A DNA stretch of 64,000 nt from Candidatus Cloacimonadales bacterium (GTDB taxonomy: Bacteria; Cloacimonadota; Cloacimonadia; Cloacimonadales; JAFGVF01). The notes beneath the pieces are model-generated. The model was not told where the DNA came from. It worked only from the letters and a program-made list of their open reading frames with translations, and did no database searches. Positions within the stretch are counted from its first letter, which is position 1. Each line of letters opens with the position of its first letter. Of this stretch, positions 20,362 to 31,443 are shown piece after piece. The position numbers and the translations under genes are program-made. The DNA lies in assembly GCA_963662585.1 (NCBI GenBank), contig OY759729.1:3040001-3104000 (forward strand). Direction: 5' to 3'.

Positions 20362-23300
20362 TTATTTCATGAGACTACATTTATGAATTTTATTCACACC
20401 ATTACTAGACAATCTGAAGAAGTAAACGCCTGAAGAGACAAGTCTGCCACTTTCATCTTCACCATTCCAGATAATAGTATGACTGCCTGACTTCATAGTT
20501 CCATTCACAAGGCTCTTAACAAGCTGTCCTTTCATGTTATAAACATTCATTGATACGAAACCATCTTTAGCAATTTGGAAGCTTAATCTAGTTTCTGGAT
20601 TGAATGGGTTAGGATAGTTTCCATTGATAGTAGTCAAAGCAAATGTATCTTCTGTACTATTGTCTGTAACTATATCAGAGATAGTAGCTTCAGAATAGAG
20701 AGTAGTATTGCTTTGAAGATTTCTATAAACAGAAACGACAGCCCAACGATAGTCACCACTAGCGAGTTCAGAAATATCATCAGTGAGTGAAGTTTCAGTA
20801 ATGAGTGTATCAATAGTTACCCATAGTTGAGGTTGATTAACATCATCAGCGTTCATGGCATAGAGCTTATAACCTACTAAACCAAAGTTATCACTTGGAG
20901 CATCCCAACTAAGCACGATGTTATTGTCAGTAACATTTAGGCTAGGGTTGAGGGCTGGATAAGCAATAACAAGAGAGTAATCAAGAGTTACTGAGAATGC
21001 TACAAGTTCATTTTCATAGATAGATTTAACATAGAAAGAATAATCTCCATTTGCTTGATCAGTAAAGATGTATTCAGTGTTCTCGGTAGTTGCTATCATT
21101 GTGTCATTTTGATAAACTTGATAATTAACAAAGCCTAAAGTATTAAGAGGTTCAGTCCATGTCAAAGTAAGGTCATCATTATCAGCAGTAACAGCTAGAT
21201 CAGTAACAGGCATTTGAATGATAAGAGCAAGATCATTAATACTAATAATCTTATCTTCTTGAATTGATGAATCATAGTTAGCTATAATATCATAGTTGTA
21301 AATACCAGCTAAAAGATCTTCATCAAAATAAGAAGTAGTATTAGCATCAAGAACTATTTCTAGTCTGCTTGCTTCAGCACTTTGGGTTCTGATAATAGTA
21401 ATATTTTCTAAGCCATAGGTGTCTGAAGGAGTATCCCAGTTTAGTGATATATCATTTTCTGTAACTTCAGCACTAGCGTTAATTACAGGATAAGTTCTCA
21501 CAAGTTCATAGCTAAGAGTTTCACTGAATTCAGAAGTGATTTCACTGTAACTAGTTCTAATAAGGAAATCATAGTTTCCATTAGCTAAATCCAGCTCATA
21601 ACTAGTATCAGTGGTAGAAGCTAAGAATTCTGTATTATTAAAGATATCAAAACCTATAAAGGCATATTCTGTTCCAGTAAAGTCCCAAGATAAGTTAACT
21701 GTTTCATTAGCTGAAATAGTTAAGTTGGTTGGAGAAACCGGAATAAGGAAGTTTATTGCTTCTGAAAGAACACTTACTGTTGCTCCATTAAGATAAACTG
21801 ATTTGATAGTATATTGATAAAGTCCATTTTCAGGAATATTATTAACAAAACCAGTTGCACCAGCATAAAGAGTCATAATAAACTGCTCATTACGGAATAC
21901 TTTATAGTGTTGGAATCCATACATATCAAGAGGAGAATCCCAAGCTACAACAATGCTTTCACCATCAATAGTAGCAGTGAGGTTAGTAACTGCTTGAGCT
22001 TGAATATAAGAAACTGTAATAGCAGGTGATATTGGGTTATTTATAGTGTCATTGTAGTAAGTCATTACTTGATAACTATAATCACCATTCATTAAATCAA
22101 CATCGGAATAGCTATTTTCTTGAGTAGTAGCGATAAGAACATTATTTCTATATACATTATATGATGTGATAAGACCAGTATCAAGAGGGTAATCCCAACT
22201 TAGAACTAAATCATTACCAATCATGGTACTAGAAACATTAGATACCATTTGTGCTACTAAGACAACTAAACTAACAGGTGTTGATTCTTCAGAAGAAGCA
22301 AAATCAAAGTTTGCTTTTACAGTATATTCATAAACTTCGTTAGTTAAGCCAGTTTCTGAATAAGAAGTATTACTTGTATTAGCAATTTCTTGACCATTCT
22401 TATAGACAGTGTAATCAACCAATCTTCCCCAAGGACTAAGGTCTTCCCAAGTTAAACTGATACTATTATTTACAACTGAAGATTCAGATATTTGTGGAAT
22501 ATAACTTTTCATTATATCAGCATAAGCAGGGTTACTTAGTTCAGAAACTAAGTTATTATATACTGCTCTAATAGTATAAGTATAGAGTGCATTGGTGAGA
22601 GCCTGATCAGTGTATTCAACTTGTGCTACATTACTAATATAGCTAAGTTCTTGACCATTTCTGTTAATGATAAAGGCAGTTTCTCCATTATTAGGAGCTT
22701 CCCAAGTTAAAACAACATCATTACCATTTGTAATAGTTGCTGTTAAGTTTGTAGGAGTGTCAGTGGATGCTATATTAGCGATAACACTATTAGATGGGGA
22801 AGATGTTCCTTCAGGATAGACAGCTTTAACAAAGTATTGGTATGAACCATTAGCGAGGTCAAGATCCCAATAGCTATTATCGGTAGTGGAAGCAATTTCC
22901 ATATTATCTTTGAAGATTAAATAGTTAATTACTTCATCAGCAGGAATGTCCCATGTTAAATGAACATCACTTGCATCTTCAACGAATAGTTGAAGGTTAG
23001 TTGGAGCAAAGAGGTCAGGTAGAATCTCAATGTTAACGCTAACATGGTTAGATTCAACTGAGATACCTGCATCATATACTGCCTTGAGATAATAATCATA
23101 ATCGCCATTAGCAAGAGAATTATCAGTCCAAGTTGTAGTTGCAGGGTTATCTATAACTGCTTCGATAGCATTATTTCTATAGATAAAATATCCTCTGAAA
23201 GCTCTAGTTTGAGCACTAATAGCAGGAATGTCCCAAGTAAGAGTAACATTATTTTCATCTACGCTAGCTGAAAGGCTTGTTACTGGATAGGTGATTTCGA

Positions 23301-26300
23301 CGAAGAAATCAACACTATTAGTTGGATTAGATTCTCCACTAGTATAGTTAGCAGTGATATAGTAAGAATGGTTTCCGTTAGCTAAGTTAGAATCTACAAA
23401 AGAAGTCTCTGTAGTAGAATCTATAAGTTCATTATTACGATAGATATTATAGCCTAAGAAGTTTCTATATAGTTCAGAAGGAGTATCCCATGAGAGAGTA
23501 ACTTCGTCATTAAGGAGACTACCTGTAAGGTTACTAGCAGGATAGAGAACTTCGATATTAACATTCACTTCATTTGAAGCTTCAGAATCGCCAGAAGTAT
23601 ATTCAGCTTTAACACTATAAGTATAGTCTCCATTAGCTAAATCACTATCTGTATAGCTTAGTTCAGTTAAAGAAGTTAAAAGTTCTTGGTCTTTAAATAA
23701 CTTATAACCAATAAAGCCTCTATAGGAAGCATTAGGTTGATCCCAATTAAGGGTAACACTATTTCCCATAACACTATAGGTAAGGTTATTAGGAACATAG
23801 AGTACTTCAACTATTGCTTCAACACTATTAGAAGGAGCAGATTCTCCTGAAGTATATACAGCAGTAACGAAATAAGAATATGTTGCGTTAGCCAAGGCTT
23901 GATCTGAATAATTTAAGTCTTCAGAGTTGGCAATAATCTCACCATCTCTATAGATATTATAAGATAGTAGGGCTCTTGGGGAATTAGCTGGTAAGTCCCA
24001 AGTTAAGTTAACAACATCTGCTGTAACTTGAGCTGATAGATTATTAGCTGGGTAAGTAATCTCAACAAAGAAGTCTAAGATATCAGAAGCGATTGAATAA
24101 CCATTATTATAGTTAGCAACCACGCTGTATTCATAACTACCATTTGCTAAAGCAGAATCCAAATAGCTTAGTTCTGTTACGGTATCATATAATTCACTAT
24201 TTCTATAGAGTGAATAAGATAAAACAGAATTACCTGCAAATGAGTTGTTCTCCCAAGCAAGATTTACCTCTGTTTCTGTTAAAGAACCTGTGAAGTTAAT
24301 TACAGGGTAAAGAACTTCAATGATTACCGAAGCAGTTAAGGCTTCAGAAATACCAGTAGAATAACTAGCTTCAACTTTATATTCATAACTATTATTGATA
24401 AGATCAAGGTCATTATAAGAAGTAGCTGAAGCATCAGAGAAGATAAGTTCGTTATCTCTATATAGGTTATAGCCTAAGAATCCTCTACTAGAAGTAGGAG
24501 CAGCATTCCAGCTAACAAGAACATTATTATTTTCTACCAAGCAATTCAAGTCTTGTGGAGCGTAAAGAACTTCAACTAAACCTGAAACAGCTTCAGCAAG
24601 TTCAGATGAACCTGTTAGATAATTTACAGCAAGGCTATATTCATAGCTAGCATTAGCTAAAGCTTGGTCAAAGTAGCTTAACTCAGCCACATTACCAATA
24701 TTTTGTCCATCTCTATAGATAGTATAATCTATAATAGAAGCACCACTCATAACATTAGTTTCCCAAGTAAGAGTAGCATCATCTTCGAAAATCTCTAGAG
24801 CTAAGTTCATAGCAGGATAGAGAACTTCAACTAAGATTGAGGTAGATACTTCGATTGATTCACCTGAAGTATATACTGCCTTTACTGCATAGTTATAAGT
24901 ATTATTATACAAGTTACTATCAGTGTAGCTGGTTTCAGTAACACTAGCAATTTCTTCATTATCTCTAAGGATAGTATAGCTTAAAAGGTTTCTAGCTGAA
25001 GTTGCAGGAATATCCCAAGTAAGAGTGACATCATTCTCTTCAACACTTGAAACTAAGTTTTGGATAGGGTAAGGAACTTCAACAAAGGCTTCTACACTAT
25101 TAGAAGGATCTGATTCTCCTGAAGTATAGATAGCTGTAACGAAATATGAGTATGTTCCATTTGCTAAGAAAGTATCTGAATAAGTTAATTCTTCAGAATT
25201 ACCTACAATTTCACCATCTCTATAGATATTGTAAGATAGTAGTGCTCTAGGTGAATTAGCTGGTAAATCCCAAGTTAAGTTAACAATATCAGCTGTAACT
25301 TGTGCAGTTAGATTATTAGCCGGGTAAGTGATTTCAACGAAGAAATCTAAGATCTCAGAAGCAATTGCAGAACCATTATTATAGTTAGCAACTACACTGT
25401 ATTCATAATTACCATTTGCTAAAGCAGAATCTAAGAAACTAAGTTCAGTTTGACTAGCATATAATTCGTTATTTCTATAAAGTGAATAGGAAAGAACTGT
25501 ATTACCTGCAAGAGGGTCATTTTCCCATGCAAGGCTAATCTCTGTTTCTGTTAAAGAACCAGTGAAGTTAATTACAGGGTAAAGAACTTCAATAGTTACT
25601 GAAGCAGTTAAGGCTTCAGAAATACCAGTAGAATAACTAGCTTCTACTTTATATTCATAATTATTATTGATAAGATTTAGGTCATTATAAGAAGTAGCTG
25701 AAGCATCAGAGAAGATAAGTTCGTTATCTCTATATAGGTTATAGCCTAAGAAACCTCTACTTGAAGTAGCTGCTGCTTCCCAGCTTATAAGAACACTGTT
25801 ACCATCAACAAGACAGTTTAAATCTTCTGGTGCGTAGAGAACTTCCACTAAGGCTGAAACAGCTTCAGAAAGTTCAGATGTACCAGTAAGATAATTTACA
25901 GCTACATTATATTGGTAATCACCATTTGCTAAAGCTTGGTCAAGGTAGCTTAATTCAGTAATATTACCAATATTCTCTTCATTTCTATAGATAGTATAAT
26001 CAATGATAGAATTACCACTCATAGGATTACTTTCCCAAGTAAGACTAGCATCATCTTCCATAATATCTAAAGCTAGGTTAATAGCGGGATAGAGAACTTC
26101 GACATTGGCAGTTACAGAGTTTGTTGCTTCTGAATCACCAGAACTATATTGAGCTTTAACACTATAAGAGTAGTCACCATTCATTAAGTTATTATCTGTA
26201 TAGGTAAGTTCGGTTAAAGAAGTTAAAAGCTCTTCGCCTTTGAATAATTTATAACCGATAAAGCCTCTATACATAGAATTAGGTTCTTCCCAGTTGAGGA

Positions 26301-29300
26301 TTACGCTATCGTCAACAACATCATAAGTGAGATTGTTTGGAGCATAAAGCAATTCTATAGTTACATTCACAATAGCAGGTGCTGATGCTTGCTCAAAACT
26401 ATTTATTGCCCTAACTTGATACTCGTGAATTCCGTTAGGAAGATTCATATCTGTGTAGGATAAATCAGTAACGATATCAAGGACAAGGTCATTTCTTGAA
26501 ATTTCATAGCCCATTATATCAGAAGCAAAAGGATGACTTTGCCATGTAAGTGTGACATTGTTACTTTCAAGGGTGTAAGCCAAGTTATTTACAGGATAGA
26601 GAACATTTATTATAGCAGTTACAGGCTCACTCAATTCTGAAAGGCCACTAGCATAAACTGCTTTTACTGCAATCTCATAAGTTCCATTAGCAATAGATTC
26701 AGATTGGTAAGAGTTATCTTCGATAATCGCTATTTGTTCATCATCCATAAAGATCTGATATTCAACAATACTTGAACCTGCTAAAGGGTTATCTTCCCAT
26801 GTAACTGTGAAAGTACTATTATCTACTTGAACAAGCAAATCAGTTACTGCATAATAAATCTCGATAAGAGTTGCTTCTGGAGAAGTTGGTGCAGATTGAC
26901 CACTTTCATAGTTACTAGTGATAGTATAGGAATAATTATTATTTACTAAATCGTTATCGCTGTAAGAAGTACTAGTTACTTGAGCGATAACCTGATTATT
27001 TCTATAGACATTATAGTTAAGGATACCTGTGGCATCAGTTGGGGCTCCCCAAGTGAGTTCAACATTGTTCCCTAAAGTATTTAAGGTGAAATTAAGAGGA
27101 GTGTATTTAACTTCTATAATAGGGTTAACTATATTAGAAGCTTCTGAATCTCCATTAGTATAAGTCGCTACTACGAAAATTGAGTAGCTACCATTGGCGA
27201 GTCCTGTAAGAGTATAAGAAGTATTCTCAATCTCGTCTTGATACAACTCTTCGTTAACAAAGACTTTGTAGTTTGAGAGAGCTCTACTTGAAATTGCAGG
27301 AGCATTCCAGTTAAGTTGGATAGAGTCATCAAGAACATTAGCTACTAATCCAGTTACAGGATAAGTAACACTAACTTCAGCATTAACAGTAGCTGAAGCA
27401 AGAGAATTACCTGAATCAGAGTTGTTTCTAGTAATAATGTAGTAAGAATGAATTCCATTAGCTAAATTTGTGTCATTATAGCTAAGGTCTGAGGTCTCAG
27501 CAATATAGGCATTATCTCTGTATATTCTAAATATAGGAGTACCAGTATATTGATAATCCCAAGTTAATAAAACATCGTCTTCAGTTACAGCAGAGGTAAG
27601 GTCAGAAACAGGGTAAGGATATTCAATTTGAATAGTTTCACTGTTTACTGCTTCCGCAAGTCCGTTACTATAGATAGCTATAACACTATAACTATATTCG
27701 CCATCTTCTAAAGCTGAATCGGTATATGTTAACTCACTAGTAGTTGTTAAAATATCGCCATTTCTAAGAAGTCTAAAGTTCTCGATGCTTTGGCCACTAT
27801 AACTACTAATATCCCAGGTAAGAACTATATTATTTCTAGTCTGAACACTAGCAGTTAAATCTTCAATAGGATACTGATTGATTAAATCAATGCTTATAGT
27901 ATTTGAAGCTACGGAAGATTCATTAGTATAATTAACAACAATATAGTATTCATAAGAGGCATTGATAAGATCAGAATCTGTATATGTTAAGGCACTAGTT
28001 GTAGCTATTGAAGTATTATTTCTAAAGAGTTCATAATTCACTAAACTTCTTTCATTTTCTGTGAAAGCAGGTCTTTCCCAAGTAAAAGTGATATCATTAT
28101 CTTCTATTGAATGTTCTAATTCTGTAACAGGATGAGGGAATTCTAAGTCAAAAGAGATAGTCTCTGAAGCCTCTGAAAATCCTGTGCTATACTCAGCAAC
28201 TACTGAATATTCATAATAACCATTACTCAAAGCTAGATCTTCATAAAAAAGCTCTGTAGTTGTGACATATTCAACATCGTTGCGATAAAGATGATATTGG
28301 ATTAATTCTCTTGATAGAGTTCCTGCTTCCCATGAAATAGTAGCATTCTGTCCATCTATACTATAAGCCAAGTTTTGCGGAGCATATAGAACTTCAACAG
28401 TAACTTGATCTTCTACTAAAACAGATAATCCTGAATTATATTCTGCTGCCATAGCGAATGTGTAAGTACCATTCATAAGACCATTAATTGTGTAAGTTGT
28501 TGTAGCAGTATTCTCGATATTAGTAATAAATTCACCATTTTCATAGATCTTATATCTTAAAAGACCTCTGGAAGCTCCACCTTGAACTGCAGGAATTGCC
28601 CAATTAAGTTGGACATTGCTACCGTTAGCTGTGGCAACAAAGTTTCTTGGAGGGTAGGCGTAAGCAATTTCTACACTTTCAGTTTCAGAGAAATCTGACT
28701 CTATTCCTTCATAGATTGCTGTAACTTGATAATTATAATTGCCATTAGCAAGGTTATAATCGAAGAAACTAGGGTTTTCTGTATTATAAACAGAAGCAAC
28801 AACATTTCCATTTCTATAAACTTTGTATTGGTCTAGGAGATTTGCTGCAGAAGGATAGCCCCATGTTAATTGAACACTAACCCCACTAACAACAGTACTC
28901 TGGACATTTATAGGACTTAGTAAAACCATTACATTGACTGTAACAGCTAAAGAAGGACCTGATGATTGGAAGTTATTAATAGTTTTAATTGTATAAATAT
29001 AACTACCATTAGGCAAATCTTCATCATTATAATCGGTTGTTGTTTCATCAGTAATTTCAGCCAATAACTCATTATTTCGGTATATTTTATATCCAGAAAT
29101 AAAAGGAGTTACTGGAGCAGTCCACTCTAGATGAACATTATTACCATCATATAAGGTAGCAGTCAAATTAGATGGTGGAGGTAATGTACCGATAGTAATA
29201 TTAAGAATAGGAGTAGGGGAGGATTCCACACCATCATAAAGAGCAGTTACCCGGAAAGTATAAGCCCCCTCTTCTAGTGGTAGTGTAAATTCAGTATCAG

Positions 29301-30873
29301 TAGTATCAGTAAGCCATGCTCCATTAAGATAAAGTCTATATGAATCTGGGGTATAATTTCCGACAAGTGGAGAAGCTTCCCAGCTTATCAGAGCGATACC
29401 TGGTCCTGTTAAAATATATTGCAAATTTGTAGGAGGATAGATAATTTGAATCTCGACAAAAGCAGTATTGGATGGGTTTGATAAACCATTATTATATATA
29501 GCTTTTACAGCATAACTATGAATGCCATTTGTTACATTTCCATCTGTATAGGAGGTTACGCTAGGACTGAATGATTGAGCAAGCTCGTTTCCATTTTTGT
29601 ATATTTTATAACCTTGAAGTTCTCTAGTATAGCCTTCAGGAGCTTGCCAGTTCAACTCAACTGCATTATCATCGTTCACTACTGCTGTTAAGTTCTGAGG
29701 TGGGTTTAAAGGAATTACTCCACTTGGAAGATCAATAGCATCTAAATAAACTGTATCATCTCCACTAACCACGGACCCATCTTTAATATAAGACCATTTA
29801 AATTGATAAATACCAGGTTCTAATGCATAAGAAGCATAGGTCCAGTTTCCTTCTCCATACCATTCATCTTGCTCTACACCATTTATGTAGAAAACAGCTC
29901 TATCATACTGTCCCTCAGTTGGATATTCGCATGATGGCTTGATATAAAAGCTGATTTCATCTGCTGCGGGAACTGATAAATCAATTAGAATTGATGAACT
30001 TTGATTATGATCAATTTCACTTGCTCTTGCAGATTGAGTACCTGCATAGGCTTCATTACTAGATAAAGTCCAGCCTGAATTACCTTGGAAATACCAGTTG
30101 TTATCTGCGAAACCATTTTCGAAAGACTCATCGTATTCTTCTATATTATCAGGGATTATATTAATTAGCATTTTTTGATTATTAACGCTGATGGCATGTC
30201 CATCTACTACAAGATCTGTTAGATTAGTTGTGTAATGCTGATATGTACCTAAACTTGTTAGGAAAGTATAGCGATTATCAGCTGTTAATCCATCAATAAT
30301 GATAAAATAATTTCTATCAACATCAGTAGCATAGCATTGATATAAAACAGGTCTGCCTAATGATAACTGTTGGTTAATCATTTGACGCCAAGTAATAAAG
30401 GAAGTAGTTGCTAAGTCATGATACTCCATTGAATTAGAATAACCAAAATTATTAATCATAGATGTCATAACATCTTCGATATCTGCAGTAGAATAATCAG
30501 TTTCCCAATCAGATTCTATCCCATAGCCAACTGTACTAATTAAGCTAGCTGTTTGGAATCTATATAGTGTATTGGACATTCTTGACCAGTTAAAACTGAT
30601 CGCCAATGATTGATTAATTTCCCCAAGATCATCATCTGTATATGATGCTGTTCCAACACCTGCATCTGGGTAATTCCAATATTTCATAATTTTCGCTACA
30701 GATAAAGCACCTGTACCGGCATCTACAGTATTTGCACCAATGTTTGGACAATAGTTATTCCATGGAGAAATAGTATTCCATTCTGATTGGATCATTGGGT
30801 CGATTTGACCGAACAAAGCACTTATTGAGGCTACTAATAAAAATAGCACAATAACTATAATTTTTTTGTTCAT
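20362..30873 (-). CDS. Giant surface protein: inactive C10 peptidase domain, about 35 FN3 repeats, FlgD/T9SS CTD
   Basis: PWNNYCP...AGTGALSVAKIMKYWNYP..G.G (C10 fold); ~85-aa W..P..Y..Y..NG.Y.Y.V repeats; [13 protein letters not shown]. Confidence 0.85.
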   Translation of the reverse strand: MNKKIIVIVLFLLVASISALFGQIDPMIQSEWNTISPWNNYCPNIGANTVDAGTGALSVAKIMKYWNYPDAGVGTASYTDDDLGEINQSLAISFNWSRMSNTLYRFQTASLISTVGYGIESDWETDYSTADIEDVMTSMINNFGYSNSMEYHDLATTSFITWRQMINQQLSLGRPVLYQCYATDVDRNYFIIIDGLTADNRYTFLTSLGTYQHYTTNLTDLVVDGHAISVNNQKMLINIIPDNIEEYDESFENGFADNNWYFQGNSGWTLSSNEAYAGTQSARASEIDHNQSSSILIDLSVPAADEISFYIKPSCEYPTEGQYDRAVFYINGVEQDEWYGEGNWTYASYALEPGIYQFKWSYIKDGSVVSGDDTVYLDAIDLPSGVIPLNPPQNLTAVVNDDNAVELNWQAPEGYTRELQGYKIYKNGNELAQSFSPSVTSYTDGNVTNGIHSYAVKAIYNNGLSNPSNTAFVEIQIIYPPTNLQYILTGPGIALISWEASPLVGNYTPDSYRLYLNGAWLTDTTDTEFTLPLEEGAYTFRVTALYDGVESSPTPILNITIGTLPPPSNLTATLYDGNNVHLEWTAPVTPFISGYKIYRNNELLAEITDETTTDYNDEDLPNGSYIYTIKTINNFQSSGPSLAVTVNVMVLLSPINVQSTVVSGVSVQLTWGYPSAANLLDQYKVYRNGNVVASVYNTENPSFFDYNLANGNYNYQVTAIYEGIESDFSETESVEIAYAYPPRNFVATANGSNVQLNWAIPAVQGGASRGLLRYKIYENGEFITNIENTATTTYTINGLMNGTYTFAMAAEYNSGLSVLVEDQVTVEVLYAPQNLAYSIDGQNATISWEAGTLSRELIQYHLYRNDVEYVTTTELFYEDLALSNGYYEYSVVAEYSTGFSEASETISFDLEFPHPVTELEHSIEDNDITFTWERPAFTENERSLVNYELFRNNTSIATTSALTYTDSDLINASYEYYIVVNYTNESSVASNTISIDLINQYPIEDLTASVQTRNNIVLTWDISSYSGQSIENFRLLRNGDILTTTSELTYTDSALEDGEYSYSVIAIYSNGLAEAVNSETIQIEYPYPVSDLTSAVTEDDVLLTWDYQYTGTPIFRIYRDNAYIAETSDLSYNDTNLANGIHSYYIITRNNSDSGNSLASATVNAEVSVTYPVTGLVANVLDDSIQLNWNAPAISSRALSNYKVFVNEELYQDEIENTSYTLTGLANGSYSIFVVATYTNGDSEASNIVNPIIEVKYTPLNFTLNTLGNNVELTWGAPTDATGILNYNVYRNNQVIAQVTSTSYSDNDLVNNNYSYTITSNYESGQSAPTSPEATLIEIYYAVTDLLVQVDNSTFTVTWEDNPLAGSSIVEYQIFMDDEQIAIIEDNSYQSESIANGTYEIAVKAVYASGLSELSEPVTAIINVLYPVNNLAYTLESNNVTLTWQSHPFASDIMGYEISRNDLVLDIVTDLSYTDMNLPNGIHEYQVRAINSFEQASAPAIVNVTIELLYAPNNLTYDVVDDSVILNWEEPNSMYRGFIGYKLFKGEELLTSLTELTYTDNNLMNGDYSYSVKAQYSSGDSEATNSVTANVEVLYPAINLALDIMEDDASLTWESNPMSGNSIIDYTIYRNEENIGNITELSYLDQALANGDYQYNVAVNYLTGTSELSEAVSALVEVLYAPEDLNCLVDGNSVLISWEAAATSSRGFLGYNLYRDNELIFSDASATSYNDLNLINNNYEYKVEASYSTGISEALTASVTIEVLYPVINFTGSLTETEISLAWENDPLAGNTVLSYSLYRNNELYASQTELSFLDSALANGNYEYSVVANYNNGSAIASEILDFFVEITYPANNLTAQVTADIVNLTWDLPANSPRALLSYNIYRDGEIVGNSEELTYSDTFLANGTYSYFVTAIYTSGESDPSNSVEAFVEVPYPIQNLVSSVEENDVTLTWDIPATSARNLLSYTILRDNEEIASVTETSYTDSNLYNNTYNYAVKAVYTSGESIEVSTSILVEVLYPAMNLALEIFEDDATLTWETNVMSGASIIDYTIYRDGQNIGNVAELSYFDQALANASYEYSLAVNYLTGSSELAEAVSGLVEVLYAPQDLNCLVENNNVLVSWNAAPTSSRGFLGYNLYRDNELIFSDASATSYNDLDLINNSYEYKVEASYSTGISEALTASVIIEVLYPVINFTGSLTETEVNLAWENNSFAGNSVLSYSLYRNSELYDTVTELSYLDSALANGSYEYSVVANYNNGYSIASDILDFFVEITYPANNLSAQVTADVVNLTWDLPANSPRALLSYNIYRDGEIIANSEDLNYSDQALANATYSYFVTAVYTSGESAPSNSVEAIVEVLYVPNNLTYSVMGNSVTLNWDQPNASYRGFIGYKLFKDQELLTSLTELSYTDSDLANGDYTYSVKAEYTSGDSEASNEVNVNIEVLYPASNLTGSLLNDEVTLSWDTPSELYRNFLGYNIYRNNELIDSTTETSFVDSNLANGNHSYYITANYTSGESNPTNSVDFFVEITYPVTSLSASVDENNVTLTWDIPAISAQTRAFRGYFIYRNNAIEAVIDNPATTTWTDNSLANGDYDYYLKAVYDAGISVESNHVSVNIEILPDLFAPTNLQLFVEDASDVHLTWDIPADEVINYLIFKDNMEIASTTDNSYWDLDLANGSYQYFVKAVYPEGTSSPSNSVIANIASTDTPTNLTATITNGNDVVLTWEAPNNGETAFIINRNGQELSYISNVAQVEYTDQALTNALYTYTIRAVYNNLVSELSNPAYADIMKSYIPQISESSVVNNSISLTWEDLSPWGRLVDYTVYKNGQEIANTSNTSYSETGLTNEVYEYTVKANFDFASSEESTPVSLVVLVAQMVSNVSSTMIGNDLVLSWDYPLDTGLITSYNVYRNNVLIATTQENSYSDVDLMNGDYSYQVMTYYNDTINNPISPAITVSYIQAQAVTNLTATIDGESIVVAWDSPLDMYGFQHYKVFRNEQFIMTLYAGATGFVNNIPENGLYQYTIKSVYLNGATVSVLSEAINFLIPVSPTNLTISANETVNLSWDFTGTEYAFIGFDIFNNTEFLASTTDTSYELDLANGNYDFLIRTSYSEITSEFSETLSYELVRTYPVINASAEVTENDISLNWDTPSDTYGLENITIIRTQSAEASRLEIVLDANTTSYFDEDLLAGIYNYDIIANYDSSIQEDKIISINDLALIIQMPVTDLAVTADNDDLTLTWTEPLNTLGFVNYQVYQNDTMIATTENTEYIFTDQANGDYSFYVKSIYENELVAFSVTLDYSLVIAYPALNPSLNVTDNNIVLSWDAPSDNFGLVGYKLYAMNADDVNQPQLWVTIDTLITETSLTDDISELASGDYRWAVVSVYRNLQSNTTLYSEATISDIVTDNSTEDTFALTTINGNYPNPFNPETRLSFQIAKDGFVSMNVYNMKGQLVKSLVNGTMKSGSHTIIWNGEDESGRLVSSGVYFFRLSSNGVNKIHKCSLMK

Positions 30874-31225
30874 AAACACTCCTACATTAATTTAATTTAC
30901 ATCTCTAATAATATATGCAATAATAGTTCCTATTTATAAAGTATTATTCTAAAATACTGAGAGAGTCTTTAAATTAACATATAGTTAATATAAGATACAC
31001 TTAAACAAAAGCTTGTTCTTGTGAGAAAATACAGCATATTAACTTGAAATGTCATAAAAGTATACTGGGAAATTATTTCCTTCTTTAAAAGGATGAAAAG
31101 TGTTTTGCCCCTTCTATAAGGTCATTTTCTTTTTGTGAAATTTATGAAACTCTTTCTGTCTTCTTTGTGTATTTATCTGAAAAAAAAGCCCCGTTTTCGC
31201 AGGGCTTGTAAATTTGTATATATGG

Positions 31226-31436
31226 GAAGCACCCCTATGTCCCCCTCGCAAAGGGGGATGAAGGCAATCTCAGTTAAGATGAAGCACCCCTATGTCCCCC
31301 TCGCAAAGGGGGATGAAGGCAATCTCAGTTAAGATGAAGCACCCCCTATGTCTCCCTCGCAAAGGGGGATGAAGGCAATCTCAGTTAAGATGAAGCACCC
31401 CCTATGTCCCCCTCGCAAAGGGGGATGAAGGCAATC
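31226..31436. repeat. Tandem array of four 55-56-bp palindromic units
   Basis: GAAGCACCCCTATGTCCCCCTCGCAAAGGGGGATGAAGGCAATCTCAGTTAAGAT at 31226, 31281, 31336 and 31392 (last copy partial). Confidence 0.95.
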
Positions 31437-31443
31437 CATTTTT

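Noticed and set aside
31226..31436. Possible CRISPR array
   Set aside because: Units are tandem and near-identical with no unique spacers, and there are no cas genes in the window
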